From a virus: 64,000 nt of DNA. Location: the IMG/VR virus record IMGVR_UViG_3300017917_002795, positions 76,595 to 140,594 of that record. One strand, 5' to 3'. Below the pieces are notes generated by a model. It saw nothing but the letters and a program-made list of their open reading frames with translations, was not told the origin of the DNA and searched no databases. Position numbers and translations under genes: made by a program. Below, piece after piece: positions 47,859-57,529 of this stretch; positions within the stretch are counted from its first letter, which is position 1; each line of letters begins with the position of its first letter.

Positions 47859-47873
47859 AAAAGAAAATAAGTT

Positions 47874-48446
47874 ATGGGATTAGTAGACCACGCAAAAACA
47901 GAATTAGAAATTTCTGGACTTTTAAGTGAAGAAGGAGATTTCTACGGAGGAATGACAGGTAAAGCTGTTTTAGAATTAATGGAAGTATTCTCCAAACAAG
48001 GACACTCTGGAATGTCAGCACCAATTGTAGCTGATTTATTTCAAAAATTAGCCAATTATAAACCACTTGGACCTATTACAGGAAAAGATGAGGAATGGAA
48101 TTTGTTAGATTATGGTGATGATCTTAAATATCAAAACAAACGCGTATCTGGATTATTTAAAGACGCAGACGGTAAAGTAACTTACAACACAGGTATAATT
48201 AAAAGAACACCAAATGGCGGAACATGGTCTGGACCACTTTATTTAACACGAGAAGATGCAATTAACAATACTAATATGATTCGTTCATCACAAGAAATAA
48301 AAGGATTTCCTTTTACGCCAAAAACTTTTTATATTGACGTATTAGAGGAAGAAATTGAAAAAGATGACTGGATTATGTGGTGTAAAGATCCTTCGCAATT
48401 GGACGACGTATGGGAATATTATAAAAAACCAGAATTTTTAAAATAA
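47874..48446 (+). CDS. Conserved phage hypothetical protein
   Basis: HA..EL...F..QGHSG.SA...PL.P.TG...EW pattern. Confidence 0.6.
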   Translation: MGLVDHAKTELEISGLLSEEGDFYGGMTGKAVLELMEVFSKQGHSGMSAPIVADLFQKLANYKPLGPITGKDEEWNLLDYGDDLKYQNKRVSGLFKDADGKVTYNTGIIKRTPNGGTWSGPLYLTREDAINNTNMIRSSQEIKGFPFTPKTFYIDVLEEEIEKDDWIMWCKDPSQLDDVWEYYKKPEFLK

Positions 48447-48453
48447 AAAAAAG

Positions 48454-48918
48454 ATGGCAAAGTTTACATCAACTAAACTATTCGACGGATATTCAACATG
48501 TTTTCGTCAATGGCGAGCAGAAGATACACATTGCAAATTCCTTCACGGATATGCAGTTTCATTCCGAGTATGGTTTGAAGGTGATTTAGATCATCGCAAC
48601 TGGGTATTTGATTTTGGTGGCATGAAGCGAGCTAAAGCACAGATACACGGTATGTCTCCAAAAGAGTACTTTGCATTTCTATTAGATCACACTACAATTA
48701 TTGCAATTGATGATCCTCATTTGAAACTGTTTCAAATAATGGATGAATACGGTCTTATTCAATTACGCATACTACCAGCCACCGGATGTGAGAAGTTCGC
48801 AGAGCATCTGTACTTTGTGATTAATGCATTCTTAAAAGAAGAAACCGAAGGCAGAGTCCGAGCCGTTAAAGTAGAAGTTTATGAACACGAAAGAAACTCA
48901 GCAAGTTATGAAGAGTGA
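48454..48918 (+). CDS. queD: 6-carboxytetrahydropterin synthase
   Basis: CKFLHGY (CxxxHG[H/Y]), WVFDFG, LDH, GCE and terminal E..NSA.Y. Confidence 0.88.
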   Translation: MAKFTSTKLFDGYSTCFRQWRAEDTHCKFLHGYAVSFRVWFEGDLDHRNWVFDFGGMKRAKAQIHGMSPKEYFAFLLDHTTIIAIDDPHLKLFQIMDEYGLIQLRILPATGCEKFAEHLYFVINAFLKEETEGRVRAVKVEVYEHERNSASYEE

Positions 48919-49282
48919 AGATCAATATATATCACTTTATGAATATTTAGGTAAAGGTTCTGGTGGTACAAATACTGGTCGAGAAGTTACAGCAGAAGCC
49001 ATTAAACGTGGTATTGATATTAAATGGCGAACTCTTCCTAAAGAAGCACAACGACCAGAATATACACAAGTACAGATATATCCATTATCATTTCTAGATG
49101 ATTATTTTGGTAACGTGGACAATGCCAATAACATTGAAGTAGACCGAACTCCAATTGTAAGACGTTCTGAATTAATTAAGATACAAAAACGATTAGAAGA
49201 TCTAGAAGCTAAATTTGCCGAAGTAATTAAAAAATTAGAAATACCAACTAAATTAGAAGATGACTATGACCTCCCATTCTAA
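48908..49282 (+). CDS. Hypothetical protein
   Basis: Start AGTTATG overlaps the queD end; SLYEYLG...YP..FL..YF. Confidence 0.55.
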   Translation: MKSEDQYISLYEYLGKGSGGTNTGREVTAEAIKRGIDIKWRTLPKEAQRPEYTQVQIYPLSFLDDYFGNVDNANNIEVDRTPIVRRSELIKIQKRLEDLEAKFAEVIKKLEIPTKLEDDYDLPF

Positions 49283-50051
49283 ACCTAGAATTACAGACTA
49301 TAATAAAACGTTACCAATTGTAGAACTTTATAGATGCGTTCAGTCAGAAGGATCTAGATTTGGCCGCCCTACTATTGCAGTTAGAACTACAGGTTGCACT
49401 CACAGATGCTATTTTGGAGAGGGCGGATGGTGCGATAGCTGGTATACTTCTATTCACCCAGAGAAAGGCACGTTCACTTTCAATGATATCATTGCCATAT
49501 ATGACGAAAATCCACATATTAAAGAAATGATGCTTACAGGTGGTTCTCCCACAATGCATCCAGCCCTAGTAAACGAATTAACCCATTTTGCTCATGAAAA
49601 AAACATTCTTATCACCATTGAAACCGAAGGATCCCATTTTATCGAAACAGATTATCCTATTGGTCTTGTTAGCCTCAGCCCTAAATTTAGCAACAGCGTC
49701 CCTGTGGTTGGTACTACTACGCCTCTTGGGAATATTGTAGACCAAAAAATGATTGATCAACATAACAAGTTTAGAATGAAGCTTGCTACAATGAGCCAGA
49801 TGATTCACTTCCATACGGATTATCATTTCAAACCAGTATGGGATGGAACGGACAAGAATCTACAAGAAATTGAAAACATTCGCACTTTACTTAATATTCC
49901 AAAAGACAAAACATATATAATGCCCGCAGGAGATACTAGAGAGGAATTAATTAAAATGTATTCACTTGTTTTTGAAATATGTGCTGAAAAGGGATATAAT
50001 ATGACAGGAAGGGATCACATAATAAGTTACGATACAAAGAGGGGAGTATGA
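49260..50051 (+). CDS. queE: 7-carboxy-7-deazaguanine synthase (radical SAM)
   Basis: VQSEG..G.P...VRT.GC..RC.......CDS.YT; TGGSP; IETEG; SLSPK. Confidence 0.9.
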   Translation: MTMTSHSKPRITDYNKTLPIVELYRCVQSEGSRFGRPTIAVRTTGCTHRCYFGEGGWCDSWYTSIHPEKGTFTFNDIIAIYDENPHIKEMMLTGGSPTMHPALVNELTHFAHEKNILITIETEGSHFIETDYPIGLVSLSPKFSNSVPVVGTTTPLGNIVDQKMIDQHNKFRMKLATMSQMIHFHTDYHFKPVWDGTDKNLQEIENIRTLLNIPKDKTYIMPAGDTREELIKMYSLVFEICAEKGYNMTGRDHIISYDTKRGV

Positions 50052-50404
50052 GCCAAGATAATTTAACAATCATCACCAACGAATTCAATTCGTTTAAAGG
50101 TCAATTCGTAATTTGCAGTGACCAGGTTTATCGATTTATCGGAATAGCCGATGATGACGAAGATTGGTATTATGCACTTTATGATGGCCGCAGACTTACG
50201 TTGCATTCGTGTGTCGGGAGTATAACTCCACTTAAAGGTTATATTTATGATGATCATTACGATGAAATGATTCGTTTAGCACATCTTAATCATTACGATT
50301 TGTTATCAGAAGCATTTTCAGAATTCGTCGAACAACATAAAAAAGAGGTAACCGATTTGAAAGATACACGTTTCATTCTAGGACCGCATTGGGAATTAAA
50401 CTAA
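50048..50404 (+). CDS. Hypothetical protein
   Basis: ATGA overlap with queE; clean ORF. Confidence 0.6.
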   Translation: MSQDNLTIITNEFNSFKGQFVICSDQVYRFIGIADDDEDWYYALYDGRRLTLHSCVGSITPLKGYIYDDHYDEMIRLAHLNHYDLLSEAFSEFVEQHKKEVTDLKDTRFILGPHWELN

Positions 50405-50418
50405 AAAAAAGGATAAAT

Positions 50419-50613
50419 ATGACACAATTACAAGATCAAAATCTTAAGATAAAGATTCAAATTTTAGATGCTGAAGATAACATTTTAGTATCAGGCGTAA
50501 CTAGTTATACCATGGTACATGATCTCGAAGTATATCAAGGTATTAGTGGTGTAGAACAAGTATATCGTATGTTATTGGATGAATTAGAACAAAAACAACA
50601 AGCAGAAAAATGA
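50419..50613 (+). CDS. Hypothetical protein
   Basis: AAGGA RBS before ATG 50419. Confidence 0.55.
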   Translation: MTQLQDQNLKIKIQILDAEDNILVSGVTSYTMVHDLEVYQGISGVEQVYRMLLDELEQKQQAEK

Positions 50614-50672
50614 ATTGGACAGTAACAACAACCGTTGGCAATATCAACATTAAATACGAGATAAAACGATGA
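50610..50672 (+). CDS. 20-aa mini-ORF MNWTVTTTVGNINIKYEIKR
   Basis: ATGA overlaps at both ends; exactly fills the gap before thioredoxin. Confidence 0.55.
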   Translation: MNWTVTTTVGNINIKYEIKR

Positions 50673-50920
50673 AAAAAATTATCTATTTTACAGCAGAATG
50701 GTGCGGTCCATGCAAAATGATCAAACCGCAAATGAAAGAATTGGCAACACAACTACCAATTACATTTATTGATGTTGAAACAAGCAAATCGACAGCAGAA
50801 CATTATCTAGTAAAAAGCATTCCATGTGCTATTCTAATAGATGAATTTGGATCTGAACGAGGACGACTAGTCGGAACTAACATCAATAAAAACACAGTTA
50901 CAGCATTATTTAATCGTTAA
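50669..50920 (+). CDS. trxA: Thioredoxin
   Basis: F.AEWCGPCK; V.SIP. Confidence 0.92.
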   Translation: MKKIIYFTAEWCGPCKMIKPQMKELATQLPITFIDVETSKSTAEHYLVKSIPCAILIDEFGSERGRLVGTNINKNTVTALFNR

Positions 50921-50934
50921 AAAAGGAACAAGTT

Positions 50935-51234
50935 ATGGAATGGAATCCAATTGGAGATCAAGTTTTATTGAAAATTGAAAAAACTGCAGAAAAAACAAAA
51001 GGTGGTATCATCTTGGTAGATCGAGATATGCAGTTTAATGTCGGTACCGTTATAGCAGTAGGTCCGGGTTTATTCACAATGACCGGAGACAGAATACCAA
51101 TGTCAGTAGCACCAGGAGATGCTGTTATGATCTACAAATCAAATTTAGGTGAGAACAAAAGCATCGTAATTGATGATGACGATTATTATTTAATCCGCGA
51201 ATCAGAAATTGGTGTTGTAAAATCTGCAAAATGA
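50935..51234 (+). CDS. groES: Co-chaperonin GroES
   Basis: P.GD.VL, EKTKGGII, G.VIAVGPG, V.PGD.V and RESEI motifs. Confidence 0.92.
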   Translation: MEWNPIGDQVLLKIEKTAEKTKGGIILVDRDMQFNVGTVIAVGPGLFTMTGDRIPMSVAPGDAVMIYKSNLGENKSIVIDDDDYYLIRESEIGVVKSAK

Positions 51235-51479
51235 TAGAAGCATTAGGGTGGATTAGTACCGGATTAGTACTAGTAGGATACATATCCAATGCAACTGGAA
51301 ACACAAAACTAGCTATGGTTACCTGGATTGCGGGCGACATTGGTTGGATTACGTATGATTTCTTCATTGACAATTTCAGTCATTTGGTTTTAAGTTTAGT
51401 TATCATTATTATTAATTTATACGGAATATATAGGTTATGGAAATCATCATCAGACGCGAAGAAATTGCCGAACGAGTAA
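51231..51479 (+). CDS. Small 3-TM membrane protein (PnuC/SemiSWEET-like size and pattern)
   Basis: LGW...; W..G...W..Y; INLYGIY.W; three hydrophobic segments. Confidence 0.5.
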   Translation: MIEALGWISTGLVLVGYISNATGNTKLAMVTWIAGDIGWITYDFFIDNFSHLVLSLVIIIINLYGIYRLWKSSSDAKKLPNE

Positions 51480-51943
51480 ACGATTTAGCAATAGAAATTT
51501 CAATTGACCATAAAGAATCTGGGAATGAATTGCCACCGGTAATGATTTGCATATTAAATGGATCAATACATTTCTTTTCAGATTTGACCAGAGCAATGAC
51601 CATTGATTGTGAAATAGATTTCTTGAGATTAAAATCATATGAAGGTCAAGACAATTCTGGAGGTATCAAGTGCCTTAAAGAATTAGAATTAGAACTCAAA
51701 GGCAAACGAGTTTATATCGTTGATGACATTTGCGATACCGGTGCAACATTGTTAGAAGCAATGCTGATGTGTAATAGTCGAATGGCACAAGAAGTAAAAA
51801 TAGTTACGTTGCTAAAAAGACGAGATGGTGTTGATATAACCAATTACTGCGGCTTTGAAATAGGAGATGACTGGGTTATTGGCTATGGATTAGACAATAA
51901 CGGTATTCAACGAGAATTACATAATATATACAAGATAAACTAG
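51437..51943 (+). CDS. hpt: Hypoxanthine/guanine phosphoribosyltransferase
   Basis: ILNGS..F.SDL.R, SYEG, VDDICDTGATL and WVIGYGLD motifs. Confidence 0.9.
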   Translation: MEIIIRREEIAERVNDLAIEISIDHKESGNELPPVMICILNGSIHFFSDLTRAMTIDCEIDFLRLKSYEGQDNSGGIKCLKELELELKGKRVYIVDDICDTGATLLEAMLMCNSRMAQEVKIVTLLKRRDGVDITNYCGFEIGDDWVIGYGLDNNGIQRELHNIYKIN

Positions 51944-51952
51944 AAAGAATTA

Positions 51953-54466
51953 ATGTATCAAAATATTGCATACGACAAGAAAAATAACGTAATTCATGTG
52001 TGGGATGATGAATTAGGTCATCAGAAATTTACATTTCAACCATACGCATATTTACCAGATGATGCTGGAGATTATGTTTCGTTGGATGGTACTAAATTAC
52101 GATTAGTATCAGGTAATCATCGAGACAATCCAAAAGCATATGAATCAGACCTAAATGAAGAAGTTAGGACTCTAATTGATTTATATCATGAATCAGATGC
52201 TCCATCCAAAGGACATAGAGAATTGTTTTTTGATATTGAGGTTGAACGCGATGAAAATGGATATTCAACTCCAGAAGAAGCACGATTACGCATAACATCC
52301 ATTGCATATTATGATAAAGCTAACAAAGCAATGCATGTTTTACTACTAGATGTAAACCAACAAGCCAACGCAACTTCTTTTGAAACTCCGCGGTATCAAG
52401 TTGAAATATTTGAAACAGAAGCAGCAATGTTAACACAGTTTGTTAATGCATTTGCTCGAATTCAACCGACAATCATAACAGGCTGGAATACGGATAATTT
52501 CGATATACCATATCTTGTTAACCGCATCAAACAGGTATTAGGTGCTCAAGCAGTTAAGAAACTTTCTCCAGCTGGAATTACGGATTGGCAGAAAAGCAAA
52601 GGTCGATACAAAATATATGGTGTATCAAGTTTAGATTACTTAACATTATATAAAAAGTTTACATATACCGAACTTGCCAATTATCGATTAGATACTGTGG
52701 CTAAGACCGAATTAGGACGCGGAAAAGTAGAATATGATGGTGATTTAGATCAACTATTTGCTACGGATATCAAACGATTTGTTGAATACAACGTAACAGA
52801 CGTTGAATTAGTATATGAATTAGATGAAAAACTACAGTTATTAGCACTTGCAAGAACTATTTGCCATAAAGGACACGTTCCTTATGAAGATGTGTATTAT
52901 GCATCTAAATATCTGGATGGTGCTGCAATTGTAGACCTGAAGCGTAACGGAAAAGTAGCTCCAAACAAAGCCCATCGGTTTGTTGAAGAAGAAACAGAAG
53001 CTGACGCATTAGCTGGTGCATATGTAATGCCCCCAGTACCAGGCCTATATAAATGGATCTATGACTTAGATTTAACATCACTATATCCTAGCATCATCAT
53101 GTCATTGAATATCTCTCCAGAAACTAAAATAGGAGTGATTGAAGGATGGAATGAAGAATGCATGTTATCTGCAACGCCAACTATTGCACGTATTAACGGC
53201 CAATTGATACCAGATGTTCGTCAATGGTTAACGGATAATTCGTATACTATTGCAAGTAACGGAGCAGTATATCGCACGGATATTAAAGGATTCTTACCTA
53301 CCATTCTAGAAAAATGGTTTGATGAACGTGTTGAATTTAAGGATAAGCGTGATGAATATGAAGTAGGAACTGAAATGTATAAGTTTTATGATGCATTGCA
53401 GTTAACGCAAAAAGTATTGCTTAATTCATTTTATGGAGTATTAGGACTTAAAACATTCCGTTTCCACGACCTAGATAATGCAGGTGCTATTACAGGAACC
53501 GGTCAAAGTGTAATTAAGTTCTCAGCTAAAGTAATCAATGCACATTATGCAAAAGAAATTGGTAAGGACCATTTCATCAATGCAACCGGTATGCCAGCAG
53601 AATTTGCATTTTATACAGATACGGATTCGACATTCTGCTCTTCATTGCCATTGATTCAAGCTCGTTTCCCGGATTTTGATGAAACAGATGAACAATTTAT
53701 GATTGAACAGACCAATGCAATTGCATCTGAAGTTCAGCGTAAGGTTAATGCTATGTATGACATATATGCAGTCAAGTTTCACAATACAGCAACACATCGT
53801 TGGCAGATCAAACAAGAATACATTGCAAAATCCGGTTTATGGATTGCTAAGAAGCGTTATGCACAATGGGTTATTTTCAAAGAAGGTAAACCTACGGATA
53901 AATTAGACATCAAAGGATTAGACGTTGTTAGATCATCTTTCCCGGAAGATTTCAAAAAGATAATGAAAGAAACATTGTGGTATATTCTTAAGGAAAAGGA
54001 TAAGACTGCAACATCGGATATGATTCATAAATTCAAGTCTGGATTGAAAAATTCCGAAGTACTCAATGTTATGAAGAATTCCGGAGTCAAAGAAATATCC
54101 AAATTCATCAAAGGTAGAAAGCCATTTACAGGATATCAATCAGGTACTCCAGCACACGTTAAAGCAGCAATCAATTTCAATGACCTTTTGCATATGTTTG
54201 GCATCAAAGACATCACACCAATTCAAAACGGAGAAAAGGTTAAATGGGCATACTTATCAGATAATCCATATGGCTTTGATACCATGGCACTTCGAGGATA
54301 CCAAGATCCAACACAAACCGTTGCATTTGTTACGCAATACATTGATCGCAACAAGATCTTTGAAAAGGAATTGAAAAACAAGCTAGATGATTTTTATGCT
54401 GCAATGAATTGGGGTGCATTTCCAGAAAATAATTCGGTTGCCAAGTTTTTTTCATTTGGGAAATAG
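51953..54466 (+). CDS. Family-B DNA polymerase (gp43-like) with 3'-5' exonuclease
   Basis: FDIEV, GWN...FDIPY, YN..DV, DLTSLYPS, K..LNS.YG, YTDTDS and KKRY motifs. Confidence 0.96.
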   Translation: MYQNIAYDKKNNVIHVWDDELGHQKFTFQPYAYLPDDAGDYVSLDGTKLRLVSGNHRDNPKAYESDLNEEVRTLIDLYHESDAPSKGHRELFFDIEVERDENGYSTPEEARLRITSIAYYDKANKAMHVLLLDVNQQANATSFETPRYQVEIFETEAAMLTQFVNAFARIQPTIITGWNTDNFDIPYLVNRIKQVLGAQAVKKLSPAGITDWQKSKGRYKIYGVSSLDYLTLYKKFTYTELANYRLDTVAKTELGRGKVEYDGDLDQLFATDIKRFVEYNVTDVELVYELDEKLQLLALARTICHKGHVPYEDVYYASKYLDGAAIVDLKRNGKVAPNKAHRFVEEETEADALAGAYVMPPVPGLYKWIYDLDLTSLYPSIIMSLNISPETKIGVIEGWNEECMLSATPTIARINGQLIPDVRQWLTDNSYTIASNGAVYRTDIKGFLPTILEKWFDERVEFKDKRDEYEVGTEMYKFYDALQLTQKVLLNSFYGVLGLKTFRFHDLDNAGAITGTGQSVIKFSAKVINAHYAKEIGKDHFINATGMPAEFAFYTDTDSTFCSSLPLIQARFPDFDETDEQFMIEQTNAIASEVQRKVNAMYDIYAVKFHNTATHRWQIKQEYIAKSGLWIAKKRYAQWVIFKEGKPTDKLDIKGLDVVRSSFPEDFKKIMKETLWYILKEKDKTATSDMIHKFKSGLKNSEVLNVMKNSGVKEISKFIKGRKPFTGYQSGTPAHVKAAINFNDLLHMFGIKDITPIQNGEKVKWAYLSDNPYGFDTMALRGYQDPTQTVAFVTQYIDRNKIFEKELKNKLDDFYAAMNWGAFPENNSVAKFFSFGK

Positions 54467-54484
54467 CAATAAATTTCATATATT
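54456..54484 (+). promoter_or_regulatory. Early promoter
   Basis: TTGGGA-N17-TATATT. Confidence 0.6.
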
Positions 54485-54498
54485 AAATAAAAAGTTAT

Positions 54499-54936
54499 AT
54501 GTACGGAAAATCACAATGGCGCGGTAGAGAAGTAGAAGGACGTTATTCAGATGTTATGACATTCTTTGTGCGAAGTTTAGAAAACGGTAAATTGTTGGTG
54601 AAATCATTATCTGAGTATCCACACTACTATTTTACCATAGAATATATGAAAAAATGTTTTGAGAATACTGAAGAAATTTCGATTATTCGCGGAATTTTAG
54701 ATTCCACAAATTGCATAGTCACAATCGAAGCAATTCCAGAAACAATTACACGTATACCACCAGATCTTTTCAATCGATGCCATATTATATATCGTATTCC
54801 TGATACTGCAGTACAACTGCTAAAAGACACTGATACATTGAGTATAGATGCGGGTTGGTATCGATGTCACATGATTGCAAAAATGCATATGCAAGAAACT
54901 AAACCAACATCATATATGTATGATGAGGAAATTTAA
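54499..54936 (+). CDS. Hypothetical protein next to the modification operon
   Basis: G.EVEG......TFFV N-terminal pattern; function not recognised. Confidence 0.6.
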   Translation: MYGKSQWRGREVEGRYSDVMTFFVRSLENGKLLVKSLSEYPHYYFTIEYMKKCFENTEEISIIRGILDSTNCIVTIEAIPETITRIPPDLFNRCHIIYRIPDTAVQLLKDTDTLSIDAGWYRCHMIAKMHMQETKPTSYMYDEEI

Positions 54937-54950
54937 ATGAATTACCAAAT

Positions 54951-54979
54951 TTGGGAATATTAACTAAATTTATTATAAT
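54951..54979 (+). promoter_or_regulatory. Early promoter, predicted leaderless transcript, start of the modification operon
   Basis: TTGGGA-N17-TATAAT, ending 5 nt before ATG 54985. Confidence 0.7.
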
Positions 54980-54984
54980 AGATT

Positions 54985-55401
54985 ATGAAAATAGGAGTGA
55001 TTGCAGGTAACTTTGATGTAATCCACCCGGGTTATATTCATATGTTTAAAGAATGTGAAAAAAATTGTGATCAACTAATAATATTGTTACATGAGGATCC
55101 AACCATTGAACGGCCATCAAAGTTAAAACCAATATTATCGACAGCAGATCGTCGTGAGATGTTAACGTATCTCGTTAAAGGATGTATCATAATGACTTAT
55201 AATACAGAGTATGAGTTAACATTTTTACTAAAGTCAATCGACCCAGATGTTAGATTTCTAGGTGCCGATTACCAATTTGCTGAGTTTACCGGGAAAGAAT
55301 TAAATATACTCATTCATTACATAGACAGAGACCATGGTTGGTCGACCACTAAATTTAAAAAGTTAATAGCAGATGAAGTACAGCGTAGTAGTAACATTTA
55401 G
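54985..55401 (+). CDS. Cytidylyltransferase-like protein (TagD/RfaE-II family)
   Basis: AGNFDVIHPGY (HxGH variant), KPI, GADY and R.HGWSTT motifs. Confidence 0.85.
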   Translation: MKIGVIAGNFDVIHPGYIHMFKECEKNCDQLIILLHEDPTIERPSKLKPILSTADRREMLTYLVKGCIIMTYNTEYELTFLLKSIDPDVRFLGADYQFAEFTGKELNILIHYIDRDHGWSTTKFKKLIADEVQRSSNI

Positions 55402-55723
55402 CATTGAAGGATTTCATTGTTGGCCCGATGCTAAAGATATCTTTCCAGAAGTAGCATTCTTATCTGATAGACATCGACATATGTTTGGATTCCGGTGTTA
55501 TGCAACAGTAACCCATACGGATCGAGATGAAGAATTCATTTTATTGAATCGTGAGATACAAAAGGCTCTTCGCATAAACTATTCCATGGAATATACCAAT
55601 GTATTAGAATTTGGTTCAATGTCGTGTGAGGCAATTGGAGAATGGTTATTAAATGAATTTCCGGCACTTTACAAAGTTGAAGTTTGGGAAGATTTTGAAA
55701 ACGGTGCAATAATAGAAAGATAA
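55373..55723 (+). CDS. QueD-paralog T-fold protein, DpdL-like (candidate CDG decarboxylase)
   Basis: EGFHCWP, LSDRHRHMF (LxxxHRHxF), DRDEEF, SCE and V.ED.ENGA motifs. Confidence 0.65.
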   Translation: MKYSVVVTFSIEGFHCWPDAKDIFPEVAFLSDRHRHMFGFRCYATVTHTDRDEEFILLNREIQKALRINYSMEYTNVLEFGSMSCEAIGEWLLNEFPALYKVEVWEDFENGAIIER

Positions 55724-55736
55724 ATAGAAAGATAAA

Positions 55737-56342
55737 ATGAATACACAAGTTATTAAAATGCGACCTATAGGCAGTTTCTTGCATGAAGGGTTTCAAGATT
55801 TTTGCCAGTTTTTAAAACAACACAATGTTAAGCGTATTTTAGAAATTGGATCATATGCTGGAGAATCCATTACATTGTTTAAGCAGATTTTAGGTGAGAA
55901 TGTGTTAATTGTTTCAATTGATCCGTGGGATACATTGGAAGATGAAAATGATTTAATTCACCAAAATGATTTCAATCGTGTAGAAGCAGTTTTCAATGAC
56001 ACTGTAATATCATATAAGCATCTTGTTAAATGCAAACTGTATAGTCAAGATATCGTTGATATGTTTACTGATGAATATTTTGATTGTTTGTATGTAGATG
56101 GATTACACACTTATGAACAAGTTAAAATTGATTTAGAGTTATATGTATCAAAAGTTAAACCAGGTGGTATTATTTCTGGCCATGACTATGCAATTGAATA
56201 CACTGACAAACAACGCGCAGAAATTTTGAATTTCGAAGGCAATGATCGTTTACGTAAAGCAGTTACGCGTGCAGTGAATGAAGTAGTAGGAGTTCCGGAT
56301 TATGCATTCGGTGATAGTAGTTGGGCATTAATTAAAAAATAA
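55737..56342 (+). CDS. Class I SAM-dependent methyltransferase (Methyltransf_24-like)
   Basis: LEIGSYAGES, SIDPW, YVDGLHTYE.V..D and KPGG.I.GHDY motifs. Confidence 0.88.
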   Translation: MNTQVIKMRPIGSFLHEGFQDFCQFLKQHNVKRILEIGSYAGESITLFKQILGENVLIVSIDPWDTLEDENDLIHQNDFNRVEAVFNDTVISYKHLVKCKLYSQDIVDMFTDEYFDCLYVDGLHTYEQVKIDLELYVSKVKPGGIISGHDYAIEYTDKQRAEILNFEGNDRLRKAVTRAVNEVVGVPDYAFGDSSWALIKK

Positions 56343-56344
56343 AT

Positions 56345-57529
56345 ATGAGAAGAAACGAAGTAAGAAAACTGTTTTATTTTGGTTTAGAACCACTTAAAGC
56401 GCGCTACACATACCAGCTTTCCAAAGAATGGATGCCAGCAACCTTTGAACCATATGAAAAATGCGGTGCAGTTGAATTTGTTGAGATCGAAGGAGAGTTT
56501 GATCCAGATCAACAGATTAAGGTTGGTGCAGTGTTAGATGCTATAGGCCGCGGAAAATATAGTTTAACTCAATGTCAAAACTTTTTACAGAAGATATATC
56601 AAGACGAAGTAGTATCCGGTGATATCATTTTCCTGCAAGATTATTGGACACCAGGCCTGGATGCAATATGGTATGCATTAGATCTATATGGTATTGATGT
56701 TAAGGTGTATGCAATGCTTCATGCACAAAGTGTAGATGAATATGATTTTACATATCCAATGGCACCATGGATGCGGCACTATGAATTAGGTTTAGATAAA
56801 CGATTAGCTGGTATTTTTGTTGGTAGCACAATACACAAACAACAATTACGAGAAGCTGGATTCAAAGCTCCTATACATGTTGTATCTTTGCCAATTCATA
56901 AACAAGCAACATTGGATAAATTGCCTAATGCTAACTATGACAAAAAAGATGTAATTGTATATTCATCTAGATTAGACAAAGAAAAGAATCCATTTTTTAT
57001 GCTAGCAGTAGCTGAGCAATTTTTATCAGAAAATGAATCATTTGAATGGCACGTTACCACATCAGGCAAAGAATTTCGAAGTATGTTGCCCGGTGTTATT
57101 GCGGCAATGCAATCATTATCAGTGCGCCAACCTAGATTCAAACTACTGAGTGGATTAACAAAAGAAGAATATTACACTGAATTAGCAACATGTAGAATTC
57201 AATTCAATACAGCTTTGCAAGATTATGTATCTTGGACTGTGATTGAAGCAACTGCATTTGGAGCTGACATTGTATATCCTAATTTCCGTAGTTTTCCTGA
57301 ATTCATTGAAGCATCTAGACTCTATGTACCTTTCAATGTTGATAGTGCATTACAAGTTATGAAAACTGCATTAAATGCCCCAAAAACACATCCGCATATC
57401 GTGGATTTATCTGATTTAGGGCGACAGTTAGAAGCATTTATCATGGTTAATGATGTTACCCATGAATTAAACATATGGCACGAATCGCAATATTGCAAAC
57501 ATTTAATACAAGGACAAGAAAATGAGTAA
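56345..57529 (+). CDS. GT-B fold glycosyltransferase
   Basis: SSRLDKEKNP; L.K.EYY..L; FN.ALQD.VS.T..EA...G...YP..RSFPE. Overlaps dpdA by 8 bp. Confidence 0.8.
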   Translation: MRRNEVRKLFYFGLEPLKARYTYQLSKEWMPATFEPYEKCGAVEFVEIEGEFDPDQQIKVGAVLDAIGRGKYSLTQCQNFLQKIYQDEVVSGDIIFLQDYWTPGLDAIWYALDLYGIDVKVYAMLHAQSVDEYDFTYPMAPWMRHYELGLDKRLAGIFVGSTIHKQQLREAGFKAPIHVVSLPIHKQATLDKLPNANYDKKDVIVYSSRLDKEKNPFFMLAVAEQFLSENESFEWHVTTSGKEFRSMLPGVIAAMQSLSVRQPRFKLLSGLTKEEYYTELATCRIQFNTALQDYVSWTVIEATAFGADIVYPNFRSFPEFIEASRLYVPFNVDSALQVMKTALNAPKTHPHIVDLSDLGRQLEAFIMVNDVTHELNIWHESQYCKHLIQGQENE

